35,747 nt of DNA from Macrostomum lignano (Eukaryota), in assembly GCA_002269645.1 (NCBI GenBank), contig NIVC01004759.1, positions 1-35,747 on the forward strand. Reading direction: 5' to 3'. Position 1 is the first letter of the stretch. Each line of letters begins with the position of its first letter. The notes below the pieces were generated by a model that was not told where the DNA came from, searched no databases, and worked only from the letters and a program-made list of their open reading frames with translations. Below, piece by piece: positions 1 through 12,600 of this stretch. A program made the position numbers and the translations under genes.

Positions 1-362
1 TTCGACAGACGTAGTGCCACCTACAGTGGGAAAATTCCCCCCTCCTCTAGTTAACTACGGGCTATACCAAATGGTGAGATATCAGGAGTAACTTTCACGT
101 CATTCATGCCCAAGTCATTTAAGACAGTCGAGATGGGAAACGCTATAGATTCTCCGAGAAAACTGCTAGAGGCTTTCGCTATATCTTCAAGAGTTTATGA
201 AGAACGTCAGTAAAAAAGCAGGCCTTACTAAGGTGTACACCAACCACTGCATATGGTAGGTAGTTTGACCTGTGCTTTTGCCCATCATATTCATAATGTT
301 TCTCTGAGAGCACATTTGCATCTCGACTAATCTTTTCTTAACCTCTAAAGTAACTAGAGTGT

Positions 363-752
363 GTGACCTGGATGCCATGGCAGACTATCCAGGAGATCTT
401 GCTAATCACTGGGCAAAAGTGTGAGCGAACTGCTAAGCGCAACTTATCGAGGCGTCGTGATCGCAGTTTGTATAGGGCATTTCTGGCTGTGGATCAGGCG
501 CTGAATCATACAGTTTCCGAAGCTAATGAGACTGTTCACCTAGCTCGTCCAACCACAATAAGCGAGGCTACGCTGGAGGAATGTGTGGATGTTTATCAAG
601 AGCATGTGCGCACTACGTTTGGCGCACTACGTTTGGCGCACTACGTTTGGCGCACTACGTTTGGCGCACTACGTTTGCAGGCTGCCCCGTCAAAGAAGAT
701 GAAAGTGACCATTGGCGGCAGTCTCAATCTGATCGACATTCTTTTTGAGTGA
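363..752 (+). CDS. Possible terminal coding exon(s) of an unknown + strand gene; may contain a 75-nt repeat-built intron (606-680)
   Basis: 129-aa ORF with protein-like composition, TGA at 750-752 and AATAAA near 837. No recognisable homology. Confidence 0.25.
   Translation: MTWMPWQTIQEILLITGQKCERTAKRNLSRRRDRSLYRAFLAVDQALNHTVSEANETVHLARPTTISEATLEECVDVYQEHVRTTFGALRLAHYVWRTTFGALRLQAAPSKKMKVTIGGSLNLIDILFE
609..677. repeat. 14-bp tandem repeat (CGCACTACGTTTGG) x5
   Basis: Units start at 609, 623, 637, 651 and 665; the last is 13/14 bp. Confidence 0.95.
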
Positions 753-2357
753 CGTAACTGTGTAGGCCGGGTATTAACTGATTTACACACAATTGCTTTG
801 TTGAACAGTTTCCCGGAGTTTTGCTAGCATCGAAAAATAAATTTTACCCTTCGTTATTGTTTAACTTGCCGTTGCGTAACGTCTAAAATGACATTAAAAC
901 GCATCCCAGGCGCGTGTTATTGTCACGAAAAAGTACATAGCCATGCACGGAAAGTCTCCACTCCTATATAACAGTTTCATAGCAGTCGAGCATTTCAACG
1001 CATCTAATCGGCTTCTCAATCGAGCGAGGCCATGCAGCTATGCAAGTTATGCGGGGGGGTAGTTATTCTTAAGGCTTGAAGGCATTCTGCTGTGCAAAGA
1101 GAGGCAGGAGGAGCCTTCCCTTGTTCTTAGATGAGTTGGGAGGAGGTTATGGCGCCAGTGACCCAGCGGCTTCTCCGGCAAGGCTGTGGAAGGCTCCAAA
1201 TAATCAATACGCAGTCATAAGGCTCCTGGGCAGGAGTCACGCGGCCTGCAATACCTCTGCTGAGGTTGTAAGAAATTCTTCAACCAGCAGCCTAACCTGC
1301 TGGATGAGATGAGCAGAGCAGCCGACCACGGAATCGCCCAACCGTAGACCTCTGCCATAGTATTCTTGCTGGAAACGCAGGCCCTCAAAATTCAATTGTT
1401 TTTTCTCAGTTTGGACTGTTGCTGAGGATAGCCCAAGCTATGCCCCCAAAATGATGAGTGGCATCAATCGATAATCCTGTCCATCCATGTCAGAGACATC
1501 AGTAATTTCCACTCCAGATAGCATACGCTCGTATTTTATAAGTCCCTGGCCCAATCGATATCCATTTACGTCACTGTTGGTTATTTGATAGCCTCAAGCA
1601 TGCCGAGACATTTAACTTCTCACTGCTCCAGTGAGCCGCCTTCTGCTTGGTAGGTGGTCTGCGAATCAAAGAGAAAAATTTAAAAGATTAGGCTGCAGGA
1701 TCAAAGGGCCAGCTCTGACTAAGATGGTGGCTCGTGTGAGGAGTTTTGTGTATGATTTCAGCTCAGGGGTTATGGAGGGAATGTTACAACTCTTTTTGCT
1801 GCCGGTGCTTCTTTGAGCTCGAAGTAACCCTTATGAACTCATAGTATGGTCCTTGATGAAAAAACCAAGACGAACACTACCTATAAGCCACTTTGATTTT
1901 TGTAGTCAAATAAGAACCGATGTAGGAAAGCGTGTTGGACGTATAGGATTTATTAAGGTCGTGTAGGGTATAGTCGCAGAGAAACTTGATTTTTTCCAGA
2001 AATGCTTATAACAAAGATAATTTATAACAAGGAAAAGTTTTTTTGTTCTAAAAAGTACCGAGTTTGAAAATCTTGACAAGTTTGTTACGTAAAAAGACTC
2101 TTGAATGCTTTACAGAAACAATTTTGTTTCAATTATCAATAAAACTTTTCTACCAATATTTAAAAGCTGGATATTATTTTTAAGACAAAATAATAAATAT
2201 TGTATAATTGTTTAGCAATAACAGCATTCGATTTTCTGACAACTTAACAAACAGACTACTCACTCAAAAAACACAGTTCAATTTCTTCAACGAGATCAAA
2301 GTTCAGCTCAGATAATTTTCCGTATTCATCATCTACCGCGGCCGGCTGCAGGCCTCA

Positions 2358-3645
2358 TCAAACCAGCTGAACCATAAGCCGAATGCTCTTCAGTGGTTCT
2401 GAGCTTGACGATGAGGCTGCACCTTTCCAAATCATGCCTGTTGAGTCGGATGCAGCGGAGTAGCGGAACTGGCCGGTCGGGTTAGCAATATAACAACTGT
2501 AGAACCACCAGCCGCCATATCCATAAGTATTAGAGCAGGAAGAGCTGCGATGATCGTTATCCCGGTCAGTGGTGGAGAACTGCATGCCTTTGTGGTAGGT
2601 CAGCGAGTCCGAGCTCATGTTTGAGTTGATGTACGAACCGAAGGTCATGGCGTAGTTGGTGCTGGCACCCGCCACGGTGAAGTTGGTGTACTCGCAGGCA
2701 GAGAAAACACCTGCCCAGGTCACAGCTTCCACTCTCAGAAGCCTGGGCGTGCTGCCCGTCAGCTCGTTAACTTTGCGAAGACCTGAAAGAAATCCAAGAC
2801 AATCGAACAGAGGTTGCTTCAAATCGAATGTGGACTCACCAATCCAGAAATCAGAGCTGTCTCCAAATCCGTTCTCGTACTCAGTCCAGTTCCTGGCAAA
2901 GCTCACGTTGCCGCTGAGGCGCTGCAGAATCAGGTAGAATACCCTGTCGCCCACCATGTCTGCATGGAAAGTCAAAAAAAACATTTCTAGTAAGACAGTG
3001 TAGGCACTAGTTATGCAATGTCATGGGGTCTTGCGTGTAATCATGTTGTTCAGACAACAGTGCGGGGTGACTGCTGAATTTGTATAATCCTCGAGTTCTC
3101 GCTAGAAAACAATTAGTTGCTACCAGTTTAAATAAAAATGAAATCGTGATGAAATCTGAGAACGGCATGAGGGCATTCGATCATTATCTTAATTTAAATG
3201 GATTGGAGCTCAAACTCACACGGCTCCAGCCCGCCGGCAGTGCGCCGAAACACCTGGCTGCTGCCGCCAGCAGCTCCGAAGCTGGCATTCCGCACGGCAG
3301 ACAGCAGGCAGAGACCAGATTCCCGCACGAATGAGACGGCTGAGCACACCAGACTGCCCAGCAACTCGCACTTTATCGCGCAGTCTCTCTCATTGCGACC
3401 CGGCAGAGTTTTGTAGCCAGAGGTCGCAATCGGTTCGCTCACCGCTGGATAGAGAACTCTGAAATTTCAGTTTGAGTTTTCGATGACTTCGAAAATCACA
3501 TGACTTTGATTGTTGTTGCAATTCGTTAGAGAGCGTGACGTGCTCGATTCCGCTTTACGAAGGTATAACACTGCTTACCTGCAGCCTGAGCCGCGATGAA
3601 GATCACTGATAGCGCAGTCGCCATCATCAACAATTTGCCGAACAT
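2358..3645 (-). CDS. Secreted PAN/apple-domain + fibrinogen C-terminal domain (FReD) protein, about 278 aa, 4 exons
   Basis: Exons 3645-3579 (signal peptide MFGKLLMMATALSVIFIAAQAA), 3444-3220 (PAN-like DCAIKCELLGSLVCSAVSFVRESGLC), 2959-2840 (QRLSGNVSFARNWTEYENGFG..DFWI) and 2782-2358 (GMQFSTTDRDND..C..GGWWFYSCY.ANPTG). All introns are GT-AG with matching phase 1; total 837 nt. Confidence 0.88.
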
Positions 3646-3795
3646 CTCCAGCCGCTAGTTGTGAGTTTCAATTGTCGAATGTAGGCTCTTGAGGTAGGGG
3701 ATGTAGGAAAGTTTTCTCCTGTGGAAAGCCAGGAAACTGCCGCCGCCGCGGGACTCTAAAAGCCCTCCCAGCCGTGGAGCTTTGTTTATTTCCTT

Positions 3796-3810
3796 GTCGC
3801 CCCTGGCAAC
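3796..3810. promoter_or_regulatory. X-box (RFX)-like motif about 150 bp upstream of the FReD gene ATG
   Basis: GTCGCC-CCT-GGCAAC fits the GTNRCC(N0-3)RGYAAC consensus. Confidence 0.3.
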
Positions 3811-5039
3811 CACCAAGCATCCTCAGTAGGACCAGTAGCCTCCCCATTTCTCTCCTTCCCCTCCCCTCCCCTAACTTCTCTTTCAGTCCCAGACACCCCT
3901 CGGCCTGACGAGGGACAGACAGCTCATTATACTACTACCGCAGCAGTCCCAAAGCTTGGTGTCGCTGCTCTGAATTTACTTTGTGGAACCTGATCTCGAT
4001 ACTGCAGTTGGCACCCGTGCATTTTTATACAGAATTGTATCAATAGATAAAATTGTGCGAATTCCTTTAGTCAGTTTTCCCAATCCAAAGCCAGGTTAGG
4101 CTTTATTATTTGAAACTCAAATGAGCAATCTACATGTACATGTAGCAGCTACTTTACTTGTGAGGTTGGCATCCGGGTTGGTGTGACATGCAAACATTGA
4201 TCTTAGACTCTGATACTCTGCAAACCCTGATATTTAACACCAATACAGACGGGGCTGACTAAAGTTTTCCCAGTGCGCTCAGGTTTTGTGGACGCTGCAA
4301 AGTGGAGGATCTACTCGTATCTTAAATTAAATTTAAAGTAGACTTCTAAATCGTTATGCAGTTCATCAATCTAGCATCTAGTTTATCAACAATTTCTTTG
4401 AATGTGAAAATATTATAAAGTTTACTTCTGACAGTTTTTTATCGCTTTTCCCAGTTTGAGATGTTTCATTTTTGATTTGCGAATTAAGACACCAAAATTT
4501 AAACGGTAATCTCCAGCGAGCAAAGTTTTGAGCAAATCGAAGAACTGCTGAACGATAATTCTGGCTTATATATTTCCCAGTTCATTGGGAGATCCAAAAA
4601 GTAAGCGAATTAATTCCAATGCAGCTGTCAAGTGCACGCTGTCATGGCCAAACTCTGTTAAGCAGAGTTTGGCTTTTGAGTTAAGTATATATAGGCGAGA
4701 CTAGGCCAATACCATTATGGATGTCTCATCCATATGTCTCATGGATGCTTGTAAACACTTAGCTTGTTTGGCCACTGAGATGGTAAGGGCCATTCCATGG
4801 CATACATAGACATCAACTGTGACAATGGAAACTCCTATTTTGTATTTTTACCTTCCTATTTAGGCAGACAAGAGCAATAACTTGAATAAGCCTGAACAGT
4901 AGTTTGCTAGTAACCTGTATATTTAATAGCAGTAAGTAGGGAGCGAGGTGGAATTAGATTAGTGCTATGTCCACAGTTTTCAAATGCAAAGACATGTAAG
5001 CCTAGAGAGGGCATACTTCTTTCACCAATTGCCGCCTGC

Positions 5040-5092
5040 AAATGTCCGGCAGGCAAACGTCGGCTGGCAAACGTCCGGCAGGCAAACGTCGT
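5040..5092. repeat. 15-bp tandem motif (GTCCGGCAGGCAAAC) x3, probably a subterminal repeat of a non-autonomous element
   Basis: Direct inspection. A GGGTTAGGGTCAG telomere-like patch follows near 5290. Confidence 0.6.
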
Positions 5093-5349
5093 AGACCCAC
5101 CGGAAATCGACGTTATCATTGGTTAAATGGATTCGTTGCCTGAACGGCACGGGGAACCTGCGAAATGCTGTGGCTCATTGAGTCATTGGGGAGTTGCTGA
5201 GATGCCAAGGCTCTTGGGAGGATTGCTAACAGTTCAAGGCTTACGGGGGATTGCTAAGATGCTAAGACTCACCCATGGAGTTGGATTAGGGGTTAGGGTC
5301 AGTTTTAGGGTTAAAAATTAGAATAATCGCCTAGAGAGAGCTAGAAAGC

Positions 5350-5410
5350 TAGCCTAGATATGACCAGACTGAACTGCTAATGTAGCGACTTGGGTTCGAA
5401 TCCTGATAGT
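5350..5410 (+). mobile_element. tRNA-derived SINE-like head (degenerate)
   Basis: B-box GGGTTCGAATCC near 5392-5403, with a degenerate A-box TAGCCTAGAT about 40 bp upstream. No intact cloverleaf. Confidence 0.4.
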
Positions 5411-6116
5411 GTAAACTTTATTATAAAAGCTTTTATTAAATGACTTAATAAAGGATTATGGCACTTAATGAGTAAAGGATTACTGCACTAGATGAAAAAG
5501 GGATTATTTTACTAGCTTCATGCTATCTGGGAGGTGCTTACTAAGGGAATTGCTGAGATGCCAAGACTTACAGAGAAATTGCTCAGACTGAGGGCAAATA
5601 GGATTCACGTAAATAATTTCTGTCCGAAATCGCGAAAAAGCAATCATGAAAATTGTGTTCAGCATAGAGATAATAAACTGTCTTAAGAGCAGGCTGACAT
5701 AATGTGTATTTAACTGTCAATATGATTACCAACTGTTTTATTTATCACTTAAACGGCCAATTCGCCATGTATAAAGCACACGGAGAAGCTGCTACTAAAG
5801 GCAGAAGCAAAGAAATTAATGTTGAAGTGGGGAACGAGAAACCAGCACTAGAGCTACTAGTATATTGGCTGCAGTTGAAAGAAGAAGCAGGCAAAGGCAA
5901 AAGAAATTGCGTCAAAACAGTAGGATTTCTTCTGCGACTCAAATTGCATTCATTGCCTTCGGTTAGAATTCCTCATTAATAATTTATTAGAAAGAAAAGT
6001 TGATCGACAACTCAAGTCAGGGCTGACATCGTGACAGACAATTGCAGTAATTGAGAGTGGGGAGCATTCAATACACGCTGAAATTAAGTGCATTTTTATA
6101 GCCTGCTTAGAATTTA

Positions 6117-6130
6117 GTTACCATGGCAAC
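6117..6130. promoter_or_regulatory. Perfect palindromic-type X-box (RFX site)
   Basis: GTTACCATGGCAAC. Confidence 0.4.
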
Positions 6131-6613
6131 GTTTTGTAACTGAGTAAACAATGCTTGCGATAGATTACTTTTTATTTGTTATTATTATTATAAAAAGTAA
6201 AAGAGAGTAGCATAACAAGGTACAGAAGCTCAGCAAACTGAGTAGCAGAGGTGCCTATTTCATCAATAAGTTGCTTTTATAACCAAACAAACAAACAGCT
6301 TAGGCTGGGGCATTGTGTTCCTGCAGTTCAGTGATGCGAGAGCTTGCCGGGGCCTGCCTAACCCCGGATACACTGGATCTAAAAAATTATGACGGCGTTA
6401 TGAAATTGAAATTCTAAAAAAATTGTTTAAAAAGCAAAACTGCAGTTAAGAAATGTCAAAACTCAACACAAAACAACAATTTTTTGGAATTTCAACTCGG
6501 AACTTTGTGCAAAACAATGGCACGAACTCAACATTAAACTGTACAATACAAGGCATTGACAAATTACCCAGCCTATTATTATAAGCCTGAGCTGCAGCTG
6601 ATCTATCTGCAGC

Positions 6614-9600
6614 TCAGTTCATCTGCTCCTCCTCGGGCGTGCTTCGGGGAGGCGCCTCACTGACGGGCACCTTCATTATTTTCGAGTTAGTAATAAGTGA
6701 ACGCGCGAGCAATAACCAGAGAGGATTATCTAGAGGAACAGAGGGGATCATCTGGAGGAACAGAGATTATTTGTAGGAACTAGAGGGGATCATCTAGATG
6801 AACAGAGGGGATCATCTAGAGGAACAGAGGGGATTATCTAGAGGAACAGAGGGGATTATCTAGAGGAACAGAGGGGATTATCTAGAGGAACAGAGGGGAT
6901 TATCTAGAGGAACAGAGGAGATTATCTAGAGGAACAGAGGGGATTATCTAGAGTAACAGAGGAGATTATCTAGAGGAACAGAGGGGATTATCTAGAGGAA
7001 CAGAGCCAGAGGGGATTATCTAGAGGAACAGAGGATTATCTAGAAGAACAGAGGGGATTATCTAGAGGCGACTTGCAGAATACGGAGGATTATGTAAAGT
7101 TCAACAGGAAATGATACGGACCGATAAAATCAGAGCATTTGTAAGCCAGACAAAATCAATTTGCTCACCACATCGTCAATCTTGAGTATGCAGCGCACGG
7201 TCTCGGCGGCCAGGCTGACGGCACTGCTGCTAACCAGCAGAGGCTGCAGCACGCTCTCGTCCAGGATGTTGGTGATGGCGCCTTTGCGCACGTTGATGCC
7301 GGCAGTTTTCTCGCCGTTAGCGTGGCGATTGCGCAGCTCGGTGACGGTCTGAATGGCATTGAGGCCGGCGTTCTCGGCCAGAGTGTAGGGGATGATCTCC
7401 AGGCTCTGGGCGAAGGCGCGGACGCAGTACTGCTCGATGCCAGCCAGGGTGTTGCTGTGGGCGGTCAGCTGCTGGGACAGCTCGATCTCGGGGGCGCCGC
7501 CGCCGGGGATGAGCTGCCTGAGGAAGGAGATTTTACAGATTAAATATATAGCAAAAACGCTCACAGTACTACTGAGTCAGCTACTGGCTAAAGCTAAAAA
7601 CTATCTAGATACATACATTACATGGTGCCGGTATAGTCAGAAGAAGGTAAAAAGTTGTTTTCAGCAATTAATGCTTCAAAACAGGTCTGTGTAATCATCA
7701 TTATGACTAAAGCACCTCTCATCCAAAAACTCTTGGAATAAATAGTTGATCAGTAGCGCATTTAGAGTCAGCATAAATTCAGAATTTATGTCTGTTTTCA
7801 AGTTGAACATCAAAACAGGTCTGTATTAATCATCACCCGATGCGCTTTATTGCAAACACAAACAAAATGATTCAACTCACTTCTTCTTGACGAGGCAGCG
7901 GATGACGCACAGGGCGTCGTGCAGCGAGCGTTCGGCCTCGTCCAGCACCAGCTTGTTGGAGCCGCGCACCAGGATGGACATGGTCTTGCCCTGGTTCTGG
8001 ATGCCCGTCACCTGGGATTTGGCAATTACAGAAGCGGAAGGGGATGCTTAAATCTCAACGGTTACCTGTTGTGTCTTCCGACAATTCAATATAAAATATT
8101 GTACTATTATTAATTTATTTTCAGTGCAAGGATGAAAATCTGTTTCATAGATAGCGTCAAAACAGGTCTGTAAATGTCATCATTAGAATTGCCATTGTTC
8201 TCGGGCGGCCTGACCGCATATAAGGTGTCATGCTAACATTTCAAAATTTTAATATTATGTGAAATATACCCCATATTGCAGTCACTGTCACTCCCCATAT
8301 TGCAGTCACTGTCACTCCCCATATTGCAGTCACTGTCACTCCCCATATTGCAGTCACTGTTACCCCCCATATTGCAGTCACTGTCACTCCCCATATTGCA
8401 GTCACTGTTACCCCCCATATTGCAGTCACTGTCACACCCCATATTGCAGTCACTGTCACCCCCCATATTACAGTCACTGTCACACCCCATATTGCAGTCA
8501 CTGTCACCCCCCATATTGCAGTCACTGTCACACCCCATATTGCAGTCACTGTCACCCCCCATATTGCAGTCACTGTCACACCCCATATTGCAGTCACTGT
8601 CACCCCCCATATTGCAGTCACTGTCACCCCCCATATTGCAGTCACTGTCACCCCCCATATTGCAGTCACTGTCACACCCCATATTGCAGTTACCGTCACA
8701 CCCCATATTGCATTCATACAACATGATTAGCCATTGAATCCACACCTTGGTAATCTTAGACGAGCCAGTTTGCACCTCTTCGACCAGTTCCGCAGTGCCC
8801 AGCATGTCCGGGTTGAAATGGTCCAGAGAGGCGATGGGCCGACAGTTGAGGGTCTTGCAGATGAACTCAACTTCGTCCCGTTCGATGTCCTTCACCACGA
8901 GGATCTTCATCTTGGCCAGGAAGTGCAGCGCCAGATCGTTGACAGCGTCGCGCAGGATGCTCTTCTGGATGAACAGCACATTGCAGCCGGCCTTCTTAAT
9001 CTCCTTGACGATGTTCAAGATGTACATGCGCTCCTCTTTGAGCACGCGATCCATCTGGGTGTAGTCGTTGAGCACAACGGTATTCTCCATGTCAGTCTTT
9101 GGCGGCGAGATGCAGAACTGGATGAGGCCGATGCGGGCCTTCTCCATCCGGTGGACTCCGCCGCTAGACGAGCAGGTCTTGTGGTCCAGCAGCAGGCCGG
9201 GGATCATCTCCGTGTCCTCCACGGTGCCGCCGAGTTTCTTCACAACGCGGATGTCGTTGAGGCTGACGCTGTCCGGCCCGCCGCAGACGGACAAGACGGC
9301 GTTGACGGCGATTGGGGCGAGGACGCTAGAGTACTGTGACACCACCTTCGAGTTGAGCGAGGTAGACGCGATCTTCATCAGCATCTGCCTGTCAGTCATG
9401 TCCACCTGCAGGTTAAACGGGAATTATATGGGGTAACATATCAATGGATAAAATGGAACAGGGGTTGCTAGGTTACCTTGAGTCATGCTGGGTGGATGAT
9501 CTTATTTTCTAATTTGTACTGACTGACCTTTAATTTCAATAAATGAGCTGAATCTCGATGCAGGACCTCCAATCGCACTGTATGATCTCCAATCGCACTG

Positions 9601-12600
9601 TATGATCTCCAATCACACTGTATGATCTCCAATCGATCTTTATGACCTCCAATCGCACTGTGTGACCTTCAATCGCCAAATAAGAACCCCGATCGCATTG
9701 TATGACCTCAAATCGCCATATAAGAACCCCAATCGCACTGTATGACCTCCAATCGCCAAATAAGAACCCCGATCGCATTGTATGACCCCAATCGAGCTAT
9801 ATAACCTCCAATCGCACTGTACGACCCCAATCGAGCTATATAACCTCCAATCGCACTGTACGACCCCAATCGAGCTATATAACCTCCAATCGCAGTGTAT
9901 GCCTTCGGTACGCACTTGTATGACCTTCACTTGCGCTATGTGACCTCTAATTGTATTTTTGTAATTGTAATTGTACTTTTTTAATAAAATAAACTAATTT
10001 GACTAGCTATTATATACTAATCAAAGCTGGAGACTTGACCCGTACAGGCGTGGCCAGAGTGTCGAGAATGTTGCAGGCGCGTGCGGCGGCCCGCTGAAAG
10101 GACTCCGAGATGATGGTCGGGTGGATGCCCTTAGACAGCAGTTTTTGACTGGCCTCCAGCATGCTGCCAGCTAGCACAACTACTGAAGTGGTACCGTCTC
10201 CGGCTTCAATATCCTGAGCTTTGGACAGCTCAACCAGCATCTTGGCAGCTGGATGGATCACCTTCATCTGCTTGAGGATGGTGGCTCCATCGTTAGTAAT
10301 TGTCACCTCGCCCTTGCCTTCTTGGATCTGCAAATAGAGGATGCAGGAAGCAACTAATTAGTCGCAGAATTGCTTCACAAATGGATATAAATGAAAAATC
10401 TCACCATCTTATCCATGCCCCGTGGACCAAGGCTAGTACGGATAGCAGAGGCCACAGCTAAAATTGAAAATTTAATTAAATTTACTTAATACAGCTAATA
10501 TTTAATATATTTTAGCTATGTAGCTTACCATTGGTAGAATATTAGAATATACATATACTATATATACTACTGAGAAATAGAAAACTAAAGTGAAGGAGCT
10601 AAAATAGATCTCAAAGCTGACTTTTAAAATACTACTAAAGGCCATGACCTTTTAATCTTGAGAATGCCCACAACTAGAAGAAATATATGCAATACATATA
10701 CTAGTAACAATAACAGTAATATTTTTATATTTAATGCCTATTATATTTAGACTTACAATATATGTTGTTTGCTATGCTTTATAAATGTAAAACAATTGGG
10801 TAAGTGACTAATGCCATAGTTTGGAAGGCAACATGTACACTAGGATTTCCCAGTGTATAACAAGGTCAAGGTTAGGATTGTGTACTGCTGTACACCAGAA
10901 TGAAAATTGCTTCTATAGCTCATGTATGCGAATGTATGCCAATGAACTTTTTATTGCATAAAAATAAGCCAAAATAAAAATTATAAATTAGTAAAATTTT
11001 TACTAAACTGTATAGAACTAGTTCATTTTAACTATTTTTGCTTTACTTTTATTTCTTGGAAAAGTTAAACCTAGTCTTTTATTTAGTTTTTCATTTGTTG
11101 TAAAAGGCTGGCTATTCTTTCTAATCAAAATTTTACTATTGTAACTATGTACATAGAGACTACACCAAATGTTAACTTAATCATTTTTTATATGCTAATT
11201 GTGTAGATTGATTGGGACTCAGAACATTTGGTCCCATCTGCTGTCTTGAAAATCTTTATATGCCAAGCTATATGCCAAAAAGACATGCCAGGCCATAGTC
11301 CAGATCATTCTAGGTGCACACCTAAACGAAAATTGAATAATTATAAATGCACATCCAATAAATAAAAGGCTTATTCCAATTCTCTATATTCCGTAGCCAT
11401 TGAGACCCCAAAATTACCATATTCCTGTACTTCCCATAGCTGTAGCTGTAGGTTTAACAAAAAGTCTAGAAAACAAAATATTTTGAATCTAAAATATAAC
11501 CTAGTGCTTAAAAACTGCAAATTAAATTAGAAAATATAATAAACACTCTATAGCCTTTGTAAGATTATATTTTGTCTTTTTTCAGAGCAACAATACTTAA
11601 TTGTTATTGAAAGTACTAATGCTAAACTTTTTCAAGAATATAACAGCAACTACCATATTTCTGTAGTCATAGCTGTAAGAGCAGCTAGCTACTATAGGTG
11701 TATCCATAGCTGCCATAGGCCAGGTTGTGGATAGTATGCATGTATGCCGGAACTTTTCCGGCATACAAAACAGCCACCTTAAGTCCTTGGGGTACACAAT
11801 CGGCATACACAACCACTGGCGAACTTTGTTGGTGGAATGGGCGTGTAACCGCGGCTAAGCTACTGGTTTCTATTGCTAAGGATTATGAGTGGATTATCTG
11901 CTGTACTGATTTGAGATTTGGTAGTTTCGCTGCCACCAGGTTTCCTGCTTTCCCTAATTCTAGTATTTTAGATTAAAGAAGTGAGTTAGGACACCAAAGA
12001 TTATAGTTAACAGTTGGAAATATTTAATAATAAAGAGAATGCATACAAAAGGTTATTTTGTTTACATTAATTCCCTAGTTTTATTCCCGTTGTGCGTTGG
12101 GCAAGACTCCCAATAATTAGAGGCAAGACTCCCAATAATTAGAGGCAAGACTCCTCTTGTGCAAGCCTAACCCTTATATTTTCCTTCCTTACCACTTCTT
12201 CGTGAACTCTCTAAGTTACACAGGAGAAGACACTCCAAAGAAGCCTTTCTTTCCCAAGAGCCCAACTGCTCTGTATTTCTAAAGGAATCCCGATTTTAGC
12301 CACTTACCCCCACTCTAATTATTTTCCCGGGTTGAAACTACTGATAGTAGGGTAAAAGCATATTTAAACCCACAAAATTTCCCGTTCCTAAAATAATGCC
12401 CTACTACATTGGTATACACTATTGGCATACACAAGTAACACAGCCAGGCATACTTTTTTGGCGTACAAATTTTGGTGAATGAATTTATGTCATGTATGAA
12501 AATTATAATGTAAATTAACGTTTTTACGTAAAGTAAAGGAAAATTTGTATCGTCAGTGATAAACTTTTTGCTTCTTTGAAATTAATAATAAATAACCAGC

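Noticed and set aside
27-40. NF-kB-like GGGAAAATTCCC
   Set aside because: Short motif with no identifiable target gene in the window.
4647-4673. Perfect 11-bp hairpin GCCAAACTCTG-TTAAG-CAGAGTTTGGC
   Set aside because: Isolated, with no second copy or element boundary to give it meaning.
5280-5315. Telomere-like GGGTTAGGG
   Set aside because: Only 1-2 imperfect units; not an interstitial telomere array.
5350-5410. tRNA gene
   Set aside because: A B-box is present but there is no acceptor stem or cloverleaf; kept only as a SINE-like remnant.
5704-5979. 91-aa ORF
   Set aside because: No splice context or homology that I can recognise.
8233-8745. CCT4 exon 4 frame reads through into a (CNMGxDSD)n Cys-rich tail, plus other periodic ORFs
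   Set aside because: There is a good AAG|GTGTGG donor at 8745, and exon 5 continues the chaperonin in phase. The open frames come from a stop-poor 24-bp unit.
10520-10535. Minus-strand ATG|GTAAGC as an alternative CCT4 first exon
   Set aside because: A phase-0 donor is out of frame with exon 2, which needs phase 1; the true exon 1 at 18020-17909 fits.
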